Below, piece by piece: positions 18,251 to 27,392 of a stretch of 64,000 nt of DNA. The DNA is from Eubacteriales bacterium (GTDB lineage: Bacteria; Bacillota; Clostridia; Oscillospirales; UBA644): assembly GCA_045542755.1 (NCBI GenBank), contig JAZQLP010000117.1:9160-73159 (forward strand), in the 5' to 3' direction. The notes under the pieces were generated by a model. That model did not search any database and was not told where the DNA came from. It saw only the letters and a program-made list of their open reading frames with translations. The translations under genes were made by a program, and so were the position numbers. How positions within the stretch are numbered: the stretch's first letter is position 1; each line of letters starts with the position of its first letter.

Positions 18251-19930
18251 TTAACCAAGGTACCTATCCCAAGGAATATTACGGGAGGATATTACCCTTA
18301 CGTCACGTCCCGTATCACAGATAAGAGCCACCGTATCTCCCTCTTCGGAAGCACGGTAAACGGCAAGAAGACATATCTCTGCGCCTTCGCTGTCAAGGAC
18401 ACGTCTGTCAAACAGTACGGTATCCTTCACGTCCTTGTAGCAAAGACATCTGCCTTTGAGAGTCAGTCGGTATACCCCGTCAAGCTGCTCAACCAGTCCC
18501 TTTTCTTCAAGAGAGGCTATAACAGACTCAACCTTATCGGTATCCAGAGTTTTCTCGGGGCGGGGGTAATTTGACGTATTGGAAGTAACCGTGAGGGCCG
18601 CATCAATACAGTTAACGTTTTCCACTTTCGACAGAGAAGCAGGAGAAAAGCCGTCTTTTTCGGCATAAACGGCAAGGAGCGCCGTCCATTCCTCATAGGA
18701 AAGGGCCAACGAGAAGTGGGGAGCAGTTGCAGACCACTGCATAACGGGTTCAAGATTATCTTTAATAAATTCGGCAAGAACTGACTTTTTAACGTCGGTT
18801 ACTAGGGTATATCCGCCGTTTTCTTTTATCAAGGCCATGCCGTAACCTTTAAGGTAGCACACGTTGTATACGGCAGATGAACCTGCGCCCACGCATATGA
18901 CCTCTTCGGGGTTAAAGAGAACCAAAGCGTAAACTCTGCCCTTATCGGTGACGGTTACTGAATCATTATCCGCTGCAACAAATCCGAGAGAAATGAGATT
19001 TTCATATATGCCGTCGTCTTTTCCGACTTTAAGGGTGGGATTTTCGTTAGTCAGACCCGAAAGCTTCAAAAGTCCTGCCATATCGTTGGCGGAAAGGAAG
19101 ATTTTCTTTGCTCCTGCAAGGGGGTAGGCTCCGGGGGCGGAGGCTCTGCGGCCGCTGACGTTATATACCGAAGCGGCGTAAAGGCCTATTGCGGGAGCTC
19201 TGCCATTAAGGGGCCACTGCTCGGGAATTTGGGGAATACGGACGGACGCCGTATTCTGTCTTTGCTCCACAATGGGAGTTCTCGGCCTGTCGGGAGAAGC
19301 CTTCTTTTCGGGAAGTTCGGGCATTTCCCTGCCGTATGTATAACGGTAGCTGTAAATACCCACGCCGCAGAGAGCAAGGGTGAATATGAGAAGGAAGAGT
19401 ATGGGGAATACGCTCTTGGGCTTTTCCACTCCTAAAACGGAAAGGATGCCGCTACGTATCTCGCTCTCCCTTAAAAGCGCAATTTCCTTATCTGCACAGA
19501 TACACTCTGCGCAGGATTTTTTACATTCGGAGCAATAAAGTTGCTGTGTACCTATACTGCTTATGCCCGAATAGCTGTCAGAACCGCACCAGCAGTCGCA
19601 TTTACACATATAGAGGTTTTCGCCGCAACCGATACAGTCGTATTTATAGTGCTTATCCCCGTCAGCGGTATAATAAGGACGGCCGCAAATACAGCTATCA
19701 AGCTCCTTCACCTCAGGTGTATCGGGCTGTTGGGGTTCAAGGGGTTCACTCTCCGAAGGATCACCCTCAATGGGGTCACCGTCTGAGGGGGGAAGAGGGT
19801 CGGTAACAACCCCGTCCGTTCCGTCGGCGGGAGTGTCATCAACGGCAAAAATAGCCGTTCCAAGGCAGAATATAATTCCAAGACACAGAAGAACGGAAAG
19901 CAGACTCTTGCCCATATATTTTACCGTCAT
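18251..19930 (-). CDS. Hypothetical bitopic membrane protein with a Cys-rich ectodomain and a large cytoplasmic domain
   Basis: GGAGGTG RBS 6 nt upstream, and the ATG overlaps the upstream stop (ATGA). The order is: N-terminal anchor, Pro/Asp-rich linker, ~13 Cys in ~70 aa, a second TM, then a ~360-aa C-terminal domain. Confidence 0.7.
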   Translation of the reverse strand: MTVKYMGKSLLSVLLCLGIIFCLGTAIFAVDDTPADGTDGVVTDPLPPSDGDPIEGDPSESEPLEPQQPDTPEVKELDSCICGRPYYTADGDKHYKYDCIGCGENLYMCKCDCWCGSDSYSGISSIGTQQLYCSECKKSCAECICADKEIALLRESEIRSGILSVLGVEKPKSVFPILFLLIFTLALCGVGIYSYRYTYGREMPELPEKKASPDRPRTPIVEQRQNTASVRIPQIPEQWPLNGRAPAIGLYAASVYNVSGRRASAPGAYPLAGAKKIFLSANDMAGLLKLSGLTNENPTLKVGKDDGIYENLISLGFVAADNDSVTVTDKGRVYALVLFNPEEVICVGAGSSAVYNVCYLKGYGMALIKENGGYTLVTDVKKSVLAEFIKDNLEPVMQWSATAPHFSLALSYEEWTALLAVYAEKDGFSPASLSKVENVNCIDAALTVTSNTSNYPRPEKTLDTDKVESVIASLEEKGLVEQLDGVYRLTLKGRCLCYKDVKDTVLFDRRVLDSEGAEICLLAVYRASEEGDTVALICDTGRDVRVISSRNIPWDRYLG

Positions 19931-20391
19931 ACGAGCACCTCCACAAATCCGCATATACAAATGAACATCAGCGCCGAAGCGGCGGAAACTCCGAATATTT
20001 TCAAAAGAGGGATAAGACTTTTAAAGGTCATCTCGGGAGCCTCATCACCCTGCTTCTTGGCACTTGCCTTGCGGATATGTCTTGAAGCGGCGGACATAGC
20101 CAGTGCCGCAAATCCACAGATAATAAAGGGAAGATATACGTCCCATCCCAAAATGATACTGCAAAGAACCATAATTCCCACAAAGGGAGTCATTGCAAGC
20201 CAACATTCATCCCCCGCCTTTGGTACGCTGAGATTAATTATATAAAAGGCGGCGGCGGAAATAATCAGGCCGAGAAGAAAGAAAAGTATTCCCTTTGCAA
20301 GGGTGAGAGAAGAACCGAAGGTAACGAAAAGAACGAATACCAGCATAGAGCAAAGCCCTATGATACGGTTAAGAGAAAAATAGTTTTTCAT
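19927..20391 (-). CDS. Hypothetical ~4-TM membrane protein
   Basis: AAAGGAGGAAAGGT RBS directly upstream of the ATG, which lies 14 nt after the upstream stop. The sequence is hydrophobic throughout. Confidence 0.7.
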   Translation of the reverse strand: MKNYFSLNRIIGLCSMLVFVLFVTFGSSLTLAKGILFFLLGLIISAAAFYIINLSVPKAGDECWLAMTPFVGIMVLCSIILGWDVYLPFIICGFAALAMSAASRHIRKASAKKQGDEAPEMTFKSLIPLLKIFGVSAASALMFICICGFVEVLV

Positions 20392-20404
20392 ACCTTTCCT
20401 CCTT

Positions 20405-21115
20405 TCAGACAAACTTAGCAAAGAGCAGCGGTGCGACCAACAGACACTGAATAAAGCCCATAACCGTCACCGTACCCAAAACCAAATACTTGTTCTTAAG
20501 TCTGGCTTCCAGGAGAGTATAATAGGGATAAAGATTTATAAGCAGAGCCGCTATACCGAAGGTAAGACTGCTCCAACTGAAAACAAGGCGAAGAAGGACT
20601 CCGAGGAAAGCCAGCACCGCGGGAATACAGTGGGAAAGGCCCACAGACCTTACGCACCCAAAGAAGTTCACCGTGGGCTTACCCTTGTTTTCTATCATGC
20701 CCGCGCCCACTGCCGCACCCGCCTTTAAAAGAACGGTAGCAAGGCCGTAAGCTATACCCAGACCTACGAAAAGAAGGACTTTCCCTCCACCGATATAGGA
20801 GAGGAAGAGCTTATCAAGCCCTATATGTAAAAACAGAAAAACATAGGCAGCAATGGGGAATACCGCAACCAAAAGCTCCGACCAAACCGACCTTTGGGCG
20901 TAAAAAACGTCGCCGTCGATAAATGAGGACAGGAGAAGATTGGCCGAAAAGACGTTCGCGGCCTGCTGTCTTTTAAGCCGCTGAATTCTTTTTCCCGAGC
21001 CTTTATTCTGCGGAGCCTGCGCCTCTTCCTTGTGGGGAAGGGCCGTGCCGCATACCGAGCAGAAGGTTTCTGCATCGGAACACACAGCGCCGCATCTGTC
21101 ACACTTTTTGCTCAT
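20405..21115 (-). CDS. Zinc-ribbon domain protein fused to a multi-TM (Yip1-like?) domain
   Basis: N-terminal MSKKCDRCGAVCSDAETFCSVCG contains two CxxC pairs, followed by ~5 hydrophobic helices. AAAGGAAA RBS 8 nt upstream. Confidence 0.7.
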   Translation of the reverse strand: MSKKCDRCGAVCSDAETFCSVCGTALPHKEEAQAPQNKGSGKRIQRLKRQQAANVFSANLLLSSFIDGDVFYAQRSVWSELLVAVFPIAAYVFLFLHIGLDKLFLSYIGGGKVLLFVGLGIAYGLATVLLKAGAAVGAGMIENKGKPTVNFFGCVRSVGLSHCIPAVLAFLGVLLRLVFSWSSLTFGIAALLINLYPYYTLLEARLKNKYLVLGTVTVMGFIQCLLVAPLLFAKFV

Positions 21116-21206
21116 AATGAGATTTCCTTTCACTATTTGTTCTCAAAAGCCGCCTAACATAGACGACTTATCCGAAAAAGCGCGCATTTTCACTTTTATA
21201 CCCTAT

Positions 21207-21235
21207 ATTATAACATATTTTTTCTCATAAGTCAA
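21207..21235 (-). promoter_or_regulatory. Promoter of the three-gene membrane operon
   Basis: On the minus strand, TTGACT, a 17-nt spacer and TATAAT. Confidence 0.55.
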
Positions 21236-21307
21236 GACACGCCCAAATATTGCCTCTCTTTACCTCAAGGGGGCGGGGCGGTTACATAAAATGTCACAAT
21301 TTAGTTA

Positions 21308-21336
21308 TTGATTATTCTATAGAAATAGTATATAAT
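21308..21336 (+). promoter_or_regulatory. Promoter of the SRP RNA gene
   Basis: TTGATT, a 17-nt spacer and TATAAT, ending ~7 nt before the RNA 5' end. Confidence 0.55.
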
Positions 21337-21343
21337 ATATTTT

Positions 21344-21447
21344 GAAGCGGGTCTTGCGTGACTTTGTGTTGTGAACCATGTCAGGCAGGGAACTGAGCAG
21401 CATTAAGCAAATGTCAAGGTGCGCAGCAAGGTCCCCGCTTCTTTTTT
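21344..21447 (+). ncRNA. ffs: Small (4.5S-type) signal recognition particle RNA
   Basis: The domain IV signature GUCAGG-CAG[GGAA]CUG-AGCAGC is present with a GGAA tetraloop. The 5' gcgggtcttgcg pairs with the 3' cgcagcaaggtccccgc, and a T-run follows. The position directly upstream of dnaX matches Bacillus. Confidence 0.8.
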
Positions 21448-21482
21448 CATAACCCATTAAAATTTCAATATGGTTTGGTATT

Positions 21483-23156
21483 ATGTATTACGCACTTTAC
21501 AGAAAATACCGCCCCCTTACCTTTGACGAGGTAAAGGGACAGTCGGCGGTCACCGAAACCCTTAAAAATCAGATAATCACAAATAGGATATCCCATTCCT
21601 ACCTTTTCACAGGTACCAGAGGAACGGGCAAGACCACCTGCGCAAAAATCTTTGCCAGAGCCATAAACTGCGAGTCCCCCGTTAACGGTAATCCCTGCAA
21701 CTGCTGTCCTTCCTGCAAGGGAATAATGGACGGCACCGTTTTTGCAGTCACAGAAATGGACGCGGCCTCAAACAACAGCGTTGACGATATCCGCAGAATA
21801 ATAGACGAGGTAGTATACCCTCCCCTTGACGCAAAGTACAGAGTATACATCATTGACGAGGTACATATGCTCTCCTCGGGTGCATTCAACGCCCTTCTCA
21901 AGACTATCGAGGAGCCCCCTGCCCACGCGGTATTTATTCTGGCAACCACAGAGATCCAGAAGGTGCCCGCCACCGTCCGTTCAAGATGCCAGCGATTTGA
22001 CATGTCCAGACTCTCAAAGGACGAACTTAAGTCCTTCCTCCACGGTATTGTAAAGGCCGAGGGCAAGACTCTTGACGACGAGTCCATAGACACCGTTGCA
22101 GTCCTTGGCGACGGCTCTGCAAGAGACTCTCTTTCCGTTCTTGAAAAGGTAATAGACATAACCGACCCCCAAAAGGTAAAAAGCGTCCTGGGCGTATGCG
22201 ATGAAAACGAGCTTTTCGCTCTTTCCTCCGCCGTAGCCGCCAAAGATATACAGAAAATATACGCTACCGTAGCCGATTTCTACGCCTCTTCAAAGGAGTT
22301 CGGACTTCTCTGCTCCGACCTTTCGGAGTTTTACCGTAAGCTTTTGGTGGCAAGAACTGCAAATGACCCCGCCGCCATTCTGGGGCTTACCCAGAAGGAT
22401 GCTGAAAAGTATATTGCAGAAAGCCGCAAATACACCCCCGAGCATATAATATACATTATGAACAGACTCAGGGATAACTACGTTCTCCTCCGCCAGAGCA
22501 TAAATAAGCGTGGAGATACGGAGGTCTGCCTCCTCAGATGCGCAATTCCCGAGCTGGGTGCTGATACCGACGCCCTCTCCGCCCGAATGAGTCTTATAGA
22601 ACAAAAGGCAAAGGACGGCTCTCTCACCGCCCCCCGTCAGCAGGTTGCAACTCAGCCCGCACCCTCGGCGCCTGTTGTAACCGAAGCTCCCGCCCCTCAA
22701 AAGGCAGAGGTTAAGGAGCCCGTAAAGGAAGTAGAGCAAAAGCCTCTTCCCAAGGAAGAGCCTCTCCCCTCTCCCCCTGAAAAAACACCTCCCACACCCG
22801 ACCCCATGACCATGCAGGCCGCCCCCAAGGTGTCCGAAAGCGGTTATAAGGAGTTTTTGGGATTTGACGAGGTTGTCCGTGACATAAAGTCAAAGGACAT
22901 GATACTGTCAAGGAACCTGGCCAAGAACTGCAAAGCCCTCATTAAGAACGGGGACATACTGCTTGTATTCACCAACAACGTGGACAAAAACGAGGCCATG
23001 CAGCCCGACAGTATGGCAAAGATAAGAGCCGCCGTGGATGCAATCCATATGCAGAGCAGTAAAATATCCCTTACGGTGGGCTCCCTCACCGATTATTTGG
23101 GCCAGAAGACCAACGAAGAAATAATGGCCGAAAGCGCCAACCTGTTTATAGACTGA
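21483..23156 (+). CDS. dnaX: DNA polymerase III subunit gamma/tau
   Basis: YRKYRP..F.EV.GQ, Walker A GTRGTGKTT, a zinc module (CNCCPSC), and a Pro/Ala-rich linker. Confidence 0.95.
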   Translation: MYYALYRKYRPLTFDEVKGQSAVTETLKNQIITNRISHSYLFTGTRGTGKTTCAKIFARAINCESPVNGNPCNCCPSCKGIMDGTVFAVTEMDAASNNSVDDIRRIIDEVVYPPLDAKYRVYIIDEVHMLSSGAFNALLKTIEEPPAHAVFILATTEIQKVPATVRSRCQRFDMSRLSKDELKSFLHGIVKAEGKTLDDESIDTVAVLGDGSARDSLSVLEKVIDITDPQKVKSVLGVCDENELFALSSAVAAKDIQKIYATVADFYASSKEFGLLCSDLSEFYRKLLVARTANDPAAILGLTQKDAEKYIAESRKYTPEHIIYIMNRLRDNYVLLRQSINKRGDTEVCLLRCAIPELGADTDALSARMSLIEQKAKDGSLTAPRQQVATQPAPSAPVVTEAPAPQKAEVKEPVKEVEQKPLPKEEPLPSPPEKTPPTPDPMTMQAAPKVSESGYKEFLGFDEVVRDIKSKDMILSRNLAKNCKALIKNGDILLVFTNNVDKNEAMQPDSMAKIRAAVDAIHMQSSKISLTVGSLTDYLGQKTNEEIMAESANLFID

Positions 23157-23189
23157 TAAAATACATCTTTGATATAGGAGAAAAAGACT

Positions 23190-23528
23190 ATGAAAGTAAG
23201 AATTCCCAACCAGGGCGGAAGCCAGAAGGACATGATGCAGAGAGTGCAGAAACTTCAGGAAGACATGAAGGCTACCCAGGCAGCCCTTGAAGAAAAGGTT
23301 TACGAAGTACCCTCCGCAGGCGGTAAAATAACCGTATCTATCACCGGCGCAAAGGAAGTTAGAGGCATTAAAATTGACCCCGTTCTTATCGACCCCGATG
23401 ATCCCGAAATGCTCGAAGACATGATCGCAGCCGCTATGAACGAAGCTATCAGCACCGCAGACGAAGACTACAACAACGAAATGGCAAAGCTTACCGGAGG
23501 CCTTAACATCCCCGGTCTTGGATTCTAA
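23190..23528 (+). CDS. ybaB: Nucleoid-associated protein YbaB/EbfC
   Basis: 112 aa, with the QKLQEDMK... and GG.V.V..G motifs, in the conserved dnaX-ybaB-recR order. Confidence 0.9.
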   Translation: MKVRIPNQGGSQKDMMQRVQKLQEDMKATQAALEEKVYEVPSAGGKITVSITGAKEVRGIKIDPVLIDPDDPEMLEDMIAAAMNEAISTADEDYNNEMAKLTGGLNIPGLGF

Positions 23529-23565
23529 TATTCAAAAGACATACTGACGAAAGGCGGCGTAACAA

Positions 23566-24165
23566 ATGGCATACAGCATTAACGCTTTGGACAATCTCTC
23601 CGATTGCTTCAGAGCCCTTCCCGGCATAGGCGAAAAAACTGCACAGAGATTGGCATTTTTCGTTCTTGATATGCCCGAGGAGAAGGCCGAAAAGTTCGCA
23701 AAGGCCATACTTGATGCAAAAAGAGACCTGCACTTCTGCCCCGTGTGTCAGAATTTTACCGACAGAGAGATATGCACTGTCTGCAGCGACCCCAAAAGAG
23801 ACGAGAGTGTTATCTGCGTGGTGGAAAACCCATCCGACGTTATGGCCATAGAGAGAACTTCCGAATTCAGAGGAAGGTATCACGTTCTCCACGGCGCCAT
23901 GTCGCCCATGGATAACGTAGGCCCCGGCGATATAAAGATAAAGGAGCTTCTCCACCGCCTTGCCGACGAAACGGTAAAGGAAATAATCATCGCCACCAAC
24001 CCCACCGTAGAGGGTGACGTAACAGCGGCTTATATAGCAAAGCTTATAAAGCCCCTGGGCGTAAACGTTTCCCGTCTTGCCTTCGGCCTCCCCGTAGGCG
24101 GAGATTTGGAATACGCAGACAAGCTTACCCTGTCAAAAGCCATAGAAAACCGTAGCAAACTTTAG
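23566..24165 (+). CDS. recR: Recombination protein RecR
   Basis: LPGIGEKTAQRLAF HhH motif, C4 zinc finger (CPVCQN...CTVC) and a Toprim domain. Confidence 0.95.
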   Translation: MAYSINALDNLSDCFRALPGIGEKTAQRLAFFVLDMPEEKAEKFAKAILDAKRDLHFCPVCQNFTDREICTVCSDPKRDESVICVVENPSDVMAIERTSEFRGRYHVLHGAMSPMDNVGPGDIKIKELLHRLADETVKEIIIATNPTVEGDVTAAYIAKLIKPLGVNVSRLAFGLPVGGDLEYADKLTLSKAIENRSKL

Positions 24166-24175
24166 GAGACAACCA

Positions 24176-24601
24176 TTGATACTGAATACCTCCCCCATTC
24201 CCGAGGTTGAAGCAAGGCTTCTCCCTCCCCTGACCCTTGCCTATATGGGCGACTGCGTATACGATATGCTGGTCAGAGAATCTCTGATAAAAACGGCTCG
24301 CCATCCCAACGGATGGCTTCATCACGAGGCTAAAAAATACGTTTCCGCCCACGGTCAGTCAAGATATGCGGAAGCTATTCTCCCCCTCCTCACCCCCGAC
24401 GAAGAATCGGTATACAGAAGGGGCAGAAACTCCCACTCATCCCCCTCCAGACACCTTGATATTGCAGAGTACCACAAGGCCACCGGATTGGAAGCTCTTA
24501 TGGGATACCTCTACCTTATAGGAAACACTGAACGCATATACCAACTTTTCAGCATTGTGGAGAGTGAAATAAATGAAAACAGCAAAGATATGGTTAACTG
24601 A
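24176..24601 (+). CDS. mrnC: Mini-ribonuclease 3
   Basis: LAYMGDCVYDMLVRE RNase III-like signature. TTG start with AGGAGA 7 nt upstream. Confidence 0.8.
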   Translation: MILNTSPIPEVEARLLPPLTLAYMGDCVYDMLVRESLIKTARHPNGWLHHEAKKYVSAHGQSRYAEAILPLLTPDEESVYRRGRNSHSSPSRHLDIAEYHKATGLEALMGYLYLIGNTERIYQLFSIVESEINENSKDMVN

Positions 24602-25433
24602 TATTCTTTACGTGATTATAGGAAGCGTCATCTGGGCTGTGGGAATAAACGTGTTCCACGTTCCCAACGATATCGCCCCCGGAGGATATTCGGGTCTGGC
24701 AACGGTCCTTCACTCACTGTTTAACCTTCCCGTAGGTACCATGATAGCCATAATGAACATCCCCACCTTCATTATCTCTATAAAAAAGTACGGCAGGGAT
24801 TTCATCATAAAGACCCTTATTTCTATAGTGATGACATCCGTAATAATCGACGTTACCGCCCTCTTCCTTCCCACCTTTACCGAAGACATGCTCCTGGCGT
24901 CCATTGCAGGCGCGGCTATTTCGGGTGTGGGCTTGGGACTTATTTATCAAAGAGATATTACCACCGGCGGCACCAGCCTTCTGGGCAAGCTTATCCACGA
25001 TAAGTTCCCCGCCATATCCTTTGCCCAGATGATACTCATTCTCGACGCTATAGTGGTAATAATAGCGGCCATTGCATACCGAGATTGGAAAAACGCTCTC
25101 TACGCCGCAGTTGCAATAGTGGTTACCGAAATAATCCTTGACATCATGATAGCGGGTATCCACACGGGCAAGCTGGTCTACATTATCTCAAAGGAAAACG
25201 AAGCAATATCCCAAAAGATAATGACCGAAATGGACAGAGGTATGACCGCCCTGAAGGGTAAGGGCTGTTACACCAAGACCGACAAGGAAGTCCTTATGGT
25301 AGTCGTAAGAAAACTGGAGCTTCCTCACGTAAAGAGGATAATCAGAGAAATAGACAAGGATGCCTTTGTAATAATCGGTGACGTATCCGAAATCCACGGC
25401 GAGGGATTTACCGATAAGGTCCCCAATAACTGA
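24573..25433 (+). CDS. YitT-family membrane protein (DUF2179 C-terminal domain)
   Basis: Five TM helices plus a C-terminal GKGCYT...VVV....L..VK..I...D..AF domain typical of YitT. Confidence 0.8.
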   Translation: MKTAKIWLTDILYVIIGSVIWAVGINVFHVPNDIAPGGYSGLATVLHSLFNLPVGTMIAIMNIPTFIISIKKYGRDFIIKTLISIVMTSVIIDVTALFLPTFTEDMLLASIAGAAISGVGLGLIYQRDITTGGTSLLGKLIHDKFPAISFAQMILILDAIVVIIAAIAYRDWKNALYAAVAIVVTEIILDIMIAGIHTGKLVYIISKENEAISQKIMTEMDRGMTALKGKGCYTKTDKEVLMVVVRKLELPHVKRIIREIDKDAFVIIGDVSEIHGEGFTDKVPNN

Positions 25434-25449
25434 AATTTTGCATAAATAA

Positions 25450-25486
25450 AGGTCGCGTATCAAAACGATACGCGACCTCTTTTTAT
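25450..25486. terminator. Bidirectional terminator
   Basis: Stem aggtcgcgtatc/gatacgcgacct (12 bp) with a T-run. Confidence 0.85.
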
Positions 25487-25502
25487 ATAGTTTAGAGTCG
25501 GA

Positions 25503-27038
25503 TTATTCGTCGTCGGGCATAGCTTCCTGCTGCTTCTGAACATCGGGGTCATAGGAGAGCATGGGAGCAACATCCTTATTCTTAAGCTTTCTGTCAACGT
25601 AGTTCTTGGTAATCTTTCTTACAAGACCTGCCATGGCAACAACACCGATAAGGTTGGGGATCATCATAAGACCGTTAAAGGTGTCGGAAATATCCCAAGC
25701 AAGGGAAGAAGTAAGAACAGCACCGAAGATAACGGTGATAACGTGGATTATCTTGAAGATAATAGTGGTTTTGGTACCGAAGAGATATTCCCAAGCCTTC
25801 GCGCCGTAGTGGGACCAACCAAGAACGGTAGTGAAGGCAAAGAGGAACATTGCAATAGCAATAAATCTGGCACCGATATTACCCCAGGGGAATACGGTAT
25901 TGAATGCACTTGCAACGAGGGTTGCATCGTTAAGACCTTCAGCCATAAGACCGGTTTCAAGGTTATATACACCGGAGGTAAGAACAACAAGAGCGGTCAT
26001 TGTACAAACGATCATGGTGTCTGCAAATACCTCAAAGATACCCCACATACCCTGAGCTACAGGCTCTTTAACGGTGGAGTTAGAGTGAACCATAACGGAA
26101 GAACCGAGACCAGCCTCGTTGGAGAACACGCCTCTCTTGAAGCCCTGAGTCATAACCTTACTGATAACGGTACCGATACCACCGCCCACAACAGCCATGG
26201 GCTTGAATGCGGTAACGAAGATAGCCTTGAATGCGGGAAGGATCTGGGTGTAGTTAACACCGATAACAACCAAGCTGCCGAGAACGAAGATAACTACCAT
26301 AATGGGAACTACCTTTTCAGCAACGTTGGCAATTCTCTTAAGACCGCCTATGGTAATAAGGGCAGTAAGGATCATGATTACAGCGCCAAGGATAATATTG
26401 TAAAGGCTTATGCCGCCGAGAACCTCAACGGAAGAAAGGGCGCTTATATCAAATGCAGAAGCAACGTTGGCAACGATCTTGTTGACCTGACCCATACTTC
26501 CGATACCGAAGGAAGCGAGAATAGCAAATATTGCAAAGAGTATCGCAAGGATCTTAGAAATGGTCTTGAAACCTTTTTTTGAACCGAGACCGTCGGTAAG
26601 GTAGTACATCGCACCACCGGACCATTCGCCGTTCTTGTTACGGCGACGGTAGTAGATACCGAGAACGTTTTCCGAATAGTTTGTCATCATGCCGAAGAAT
26701 GCGGCAAGCCACATCCAGAACACGGCACCGGGGCCGCCGATAACTATAGCTGCGGCAACACCCGCGATATTACCCGTGCCAATGGTTGCGGCAAGGGCGG
26801 TACAAAGAGCCTGGAAGGGAGAAATGGATTTCTTATCCTTACTGTGGCCAATAACGTTTTTCTTAAAAAGGCTACCGAGAGTGTGCTTCATCCAGTGACG
26901 AATATTGGTCACCTGGAAGCAACAGGTAATAAGTGTCATTACAATACCGACACCTACGAGAAGCCATACACCCGTCTTTGTCCAGACAAAGGTATTAATG
27001 GCATCATTGACTTGTGCAAGTTTGTCCATAAACTGCAT
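25503..27038 (-). CDS. Alanine/glycine:cation symporter (AGCS family)
   Basis: Contains the AGCS signature GTGNIAGVAAAI..GGPGA.FWMW. The start is set at MQFMDKL (AGGAGGAAA 8 nt upstream), because the longer ORF-track N-terminus spans a terminator hairpin. Confidence 0.9.
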   Translation of the reverse strand: MQFMDKLAQVNDAINTFVWTKTGVWLLVGVGIVMTLITCCFQVTNIRHWMKHTLGSLFKKNVIGHSKDKKSISPFQALCTALAATIGTGNIAGVAAAIVIGGPGAVFWMWLAAFFGMMTNYSENVLGIYYRRRNKNGEWSGGAMYYLTDGLGSKKGFKTISKILAILFAIFAILASFGIGSMGQVNKIVANVASAFDISALSSVEVLGGISLYNIILGAVIMILTALITIGGLKRIANVAEKVVPIMVVIFVLGSLVVIGVNYTQILPAFKAIFVTAFKPMAVVGGGIGTVISKVMTQGFKRGVFSNEAGLGSSVMVHSNSTVKEPVAQGMWGIFEVFADTMIVCTMTALVVLTSGVYNLETGLMAEGLNDATLVASAFNTVFPWGNIGARFIAIAMFLFAFTTVLGWSHYGAKAWEYLFGTKTTIIFKIIHVITVIFGAVLTSSLAWDISDTFNGLMMIPNLIGVVAMAGLVRKITKNYVDRKLKNKDVAPMLSYDPDVQKQQEAMPDDE

Positions 27039-27065
27039 TTGGGATTTCCTCCTGAATAAAAAAAG

Positions 27066-27100
27066 TAAAAAAATAAAACCGCTGATAAACCTCAGCGGCT
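27066..27100 (-). terminator. Intrinsic terminator acting as the glycine riboswitch expression platform
   Basis: On the minus strand, stem ccgctga/tcagcgg followed by TTTTATTTTTTT. It lies between the aptamer and the RBS. Confidence 0.7.
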
Positions 27101-27140
27101 CGGAAATATGACTTACAGACAAACATATATTTTTATTTTG

Positions 27141-27232
27141 CCTGCTCTGTCCTTTTGCCTGAGAGATTCGGTCATCGACCTTGCACCTTCGGCACCCACT
27201 TAAGGGATTCTCCAGAGCCCCTCCACCTTCAG
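27141..27232 (-). promoter_or_regulatory. Glycine riboswitch aptamer (apparently a single aptamer)
   Basis: The minus strand reads CUCUGGAGAA...GCCGAAGGUGCAA...AAUCUCUCAGGCAAAAGGACAG, matching the conserved glycine-aptamer core. An AGCS transporter lies downstream, which is a classic association. Confidence 0.8.
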
Positions 27233-27353
27233 TTTTAGTTAAAATCCTAAAGGCTTCAACGGTTTACTGTGGCATTATACCACATGATTGTTAAATTACA
27301 ACGCATAAATATACACAAAACTGCAAATTTTTCTTGTTTAATATGTTAAAGCA

Positions 27354-27383
27354 CAAAAATAACCCCGCCAAAAGGCGGGGTTA
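27354..27383 (-). terminator. Terminator after ytfJ
   Basis: Stem aaccccgcc/ggcggggtt, with a T-run on the minus strand. Confidence 0.8.
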
Positions 27384-27392
27384 TATGAATAT

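Noticed and set aside
21483-23156. Programmed -1 frameshift site in dnaX (gamma/tau)
   Set aside because: On my reading the gene contains no A-AAA-AAG-type slippery heptamer followed by a stem-loop, so a single product is assumed.
25743-26582. 279-aa ORF antisense to the AGCS transporter
   Set aside because: It is embedded antisense in a well-supported CDS. Its hydrophilic Gly/Asn-rich product has no motif.
27039-27122. 28-codon N-terminal extension of the AGCS ORF
   Set aside because: It contains the riboswitch terminator hairpin with its U-tract and the AGGAGGAAA RBS. The true start is the ATG at 27038.
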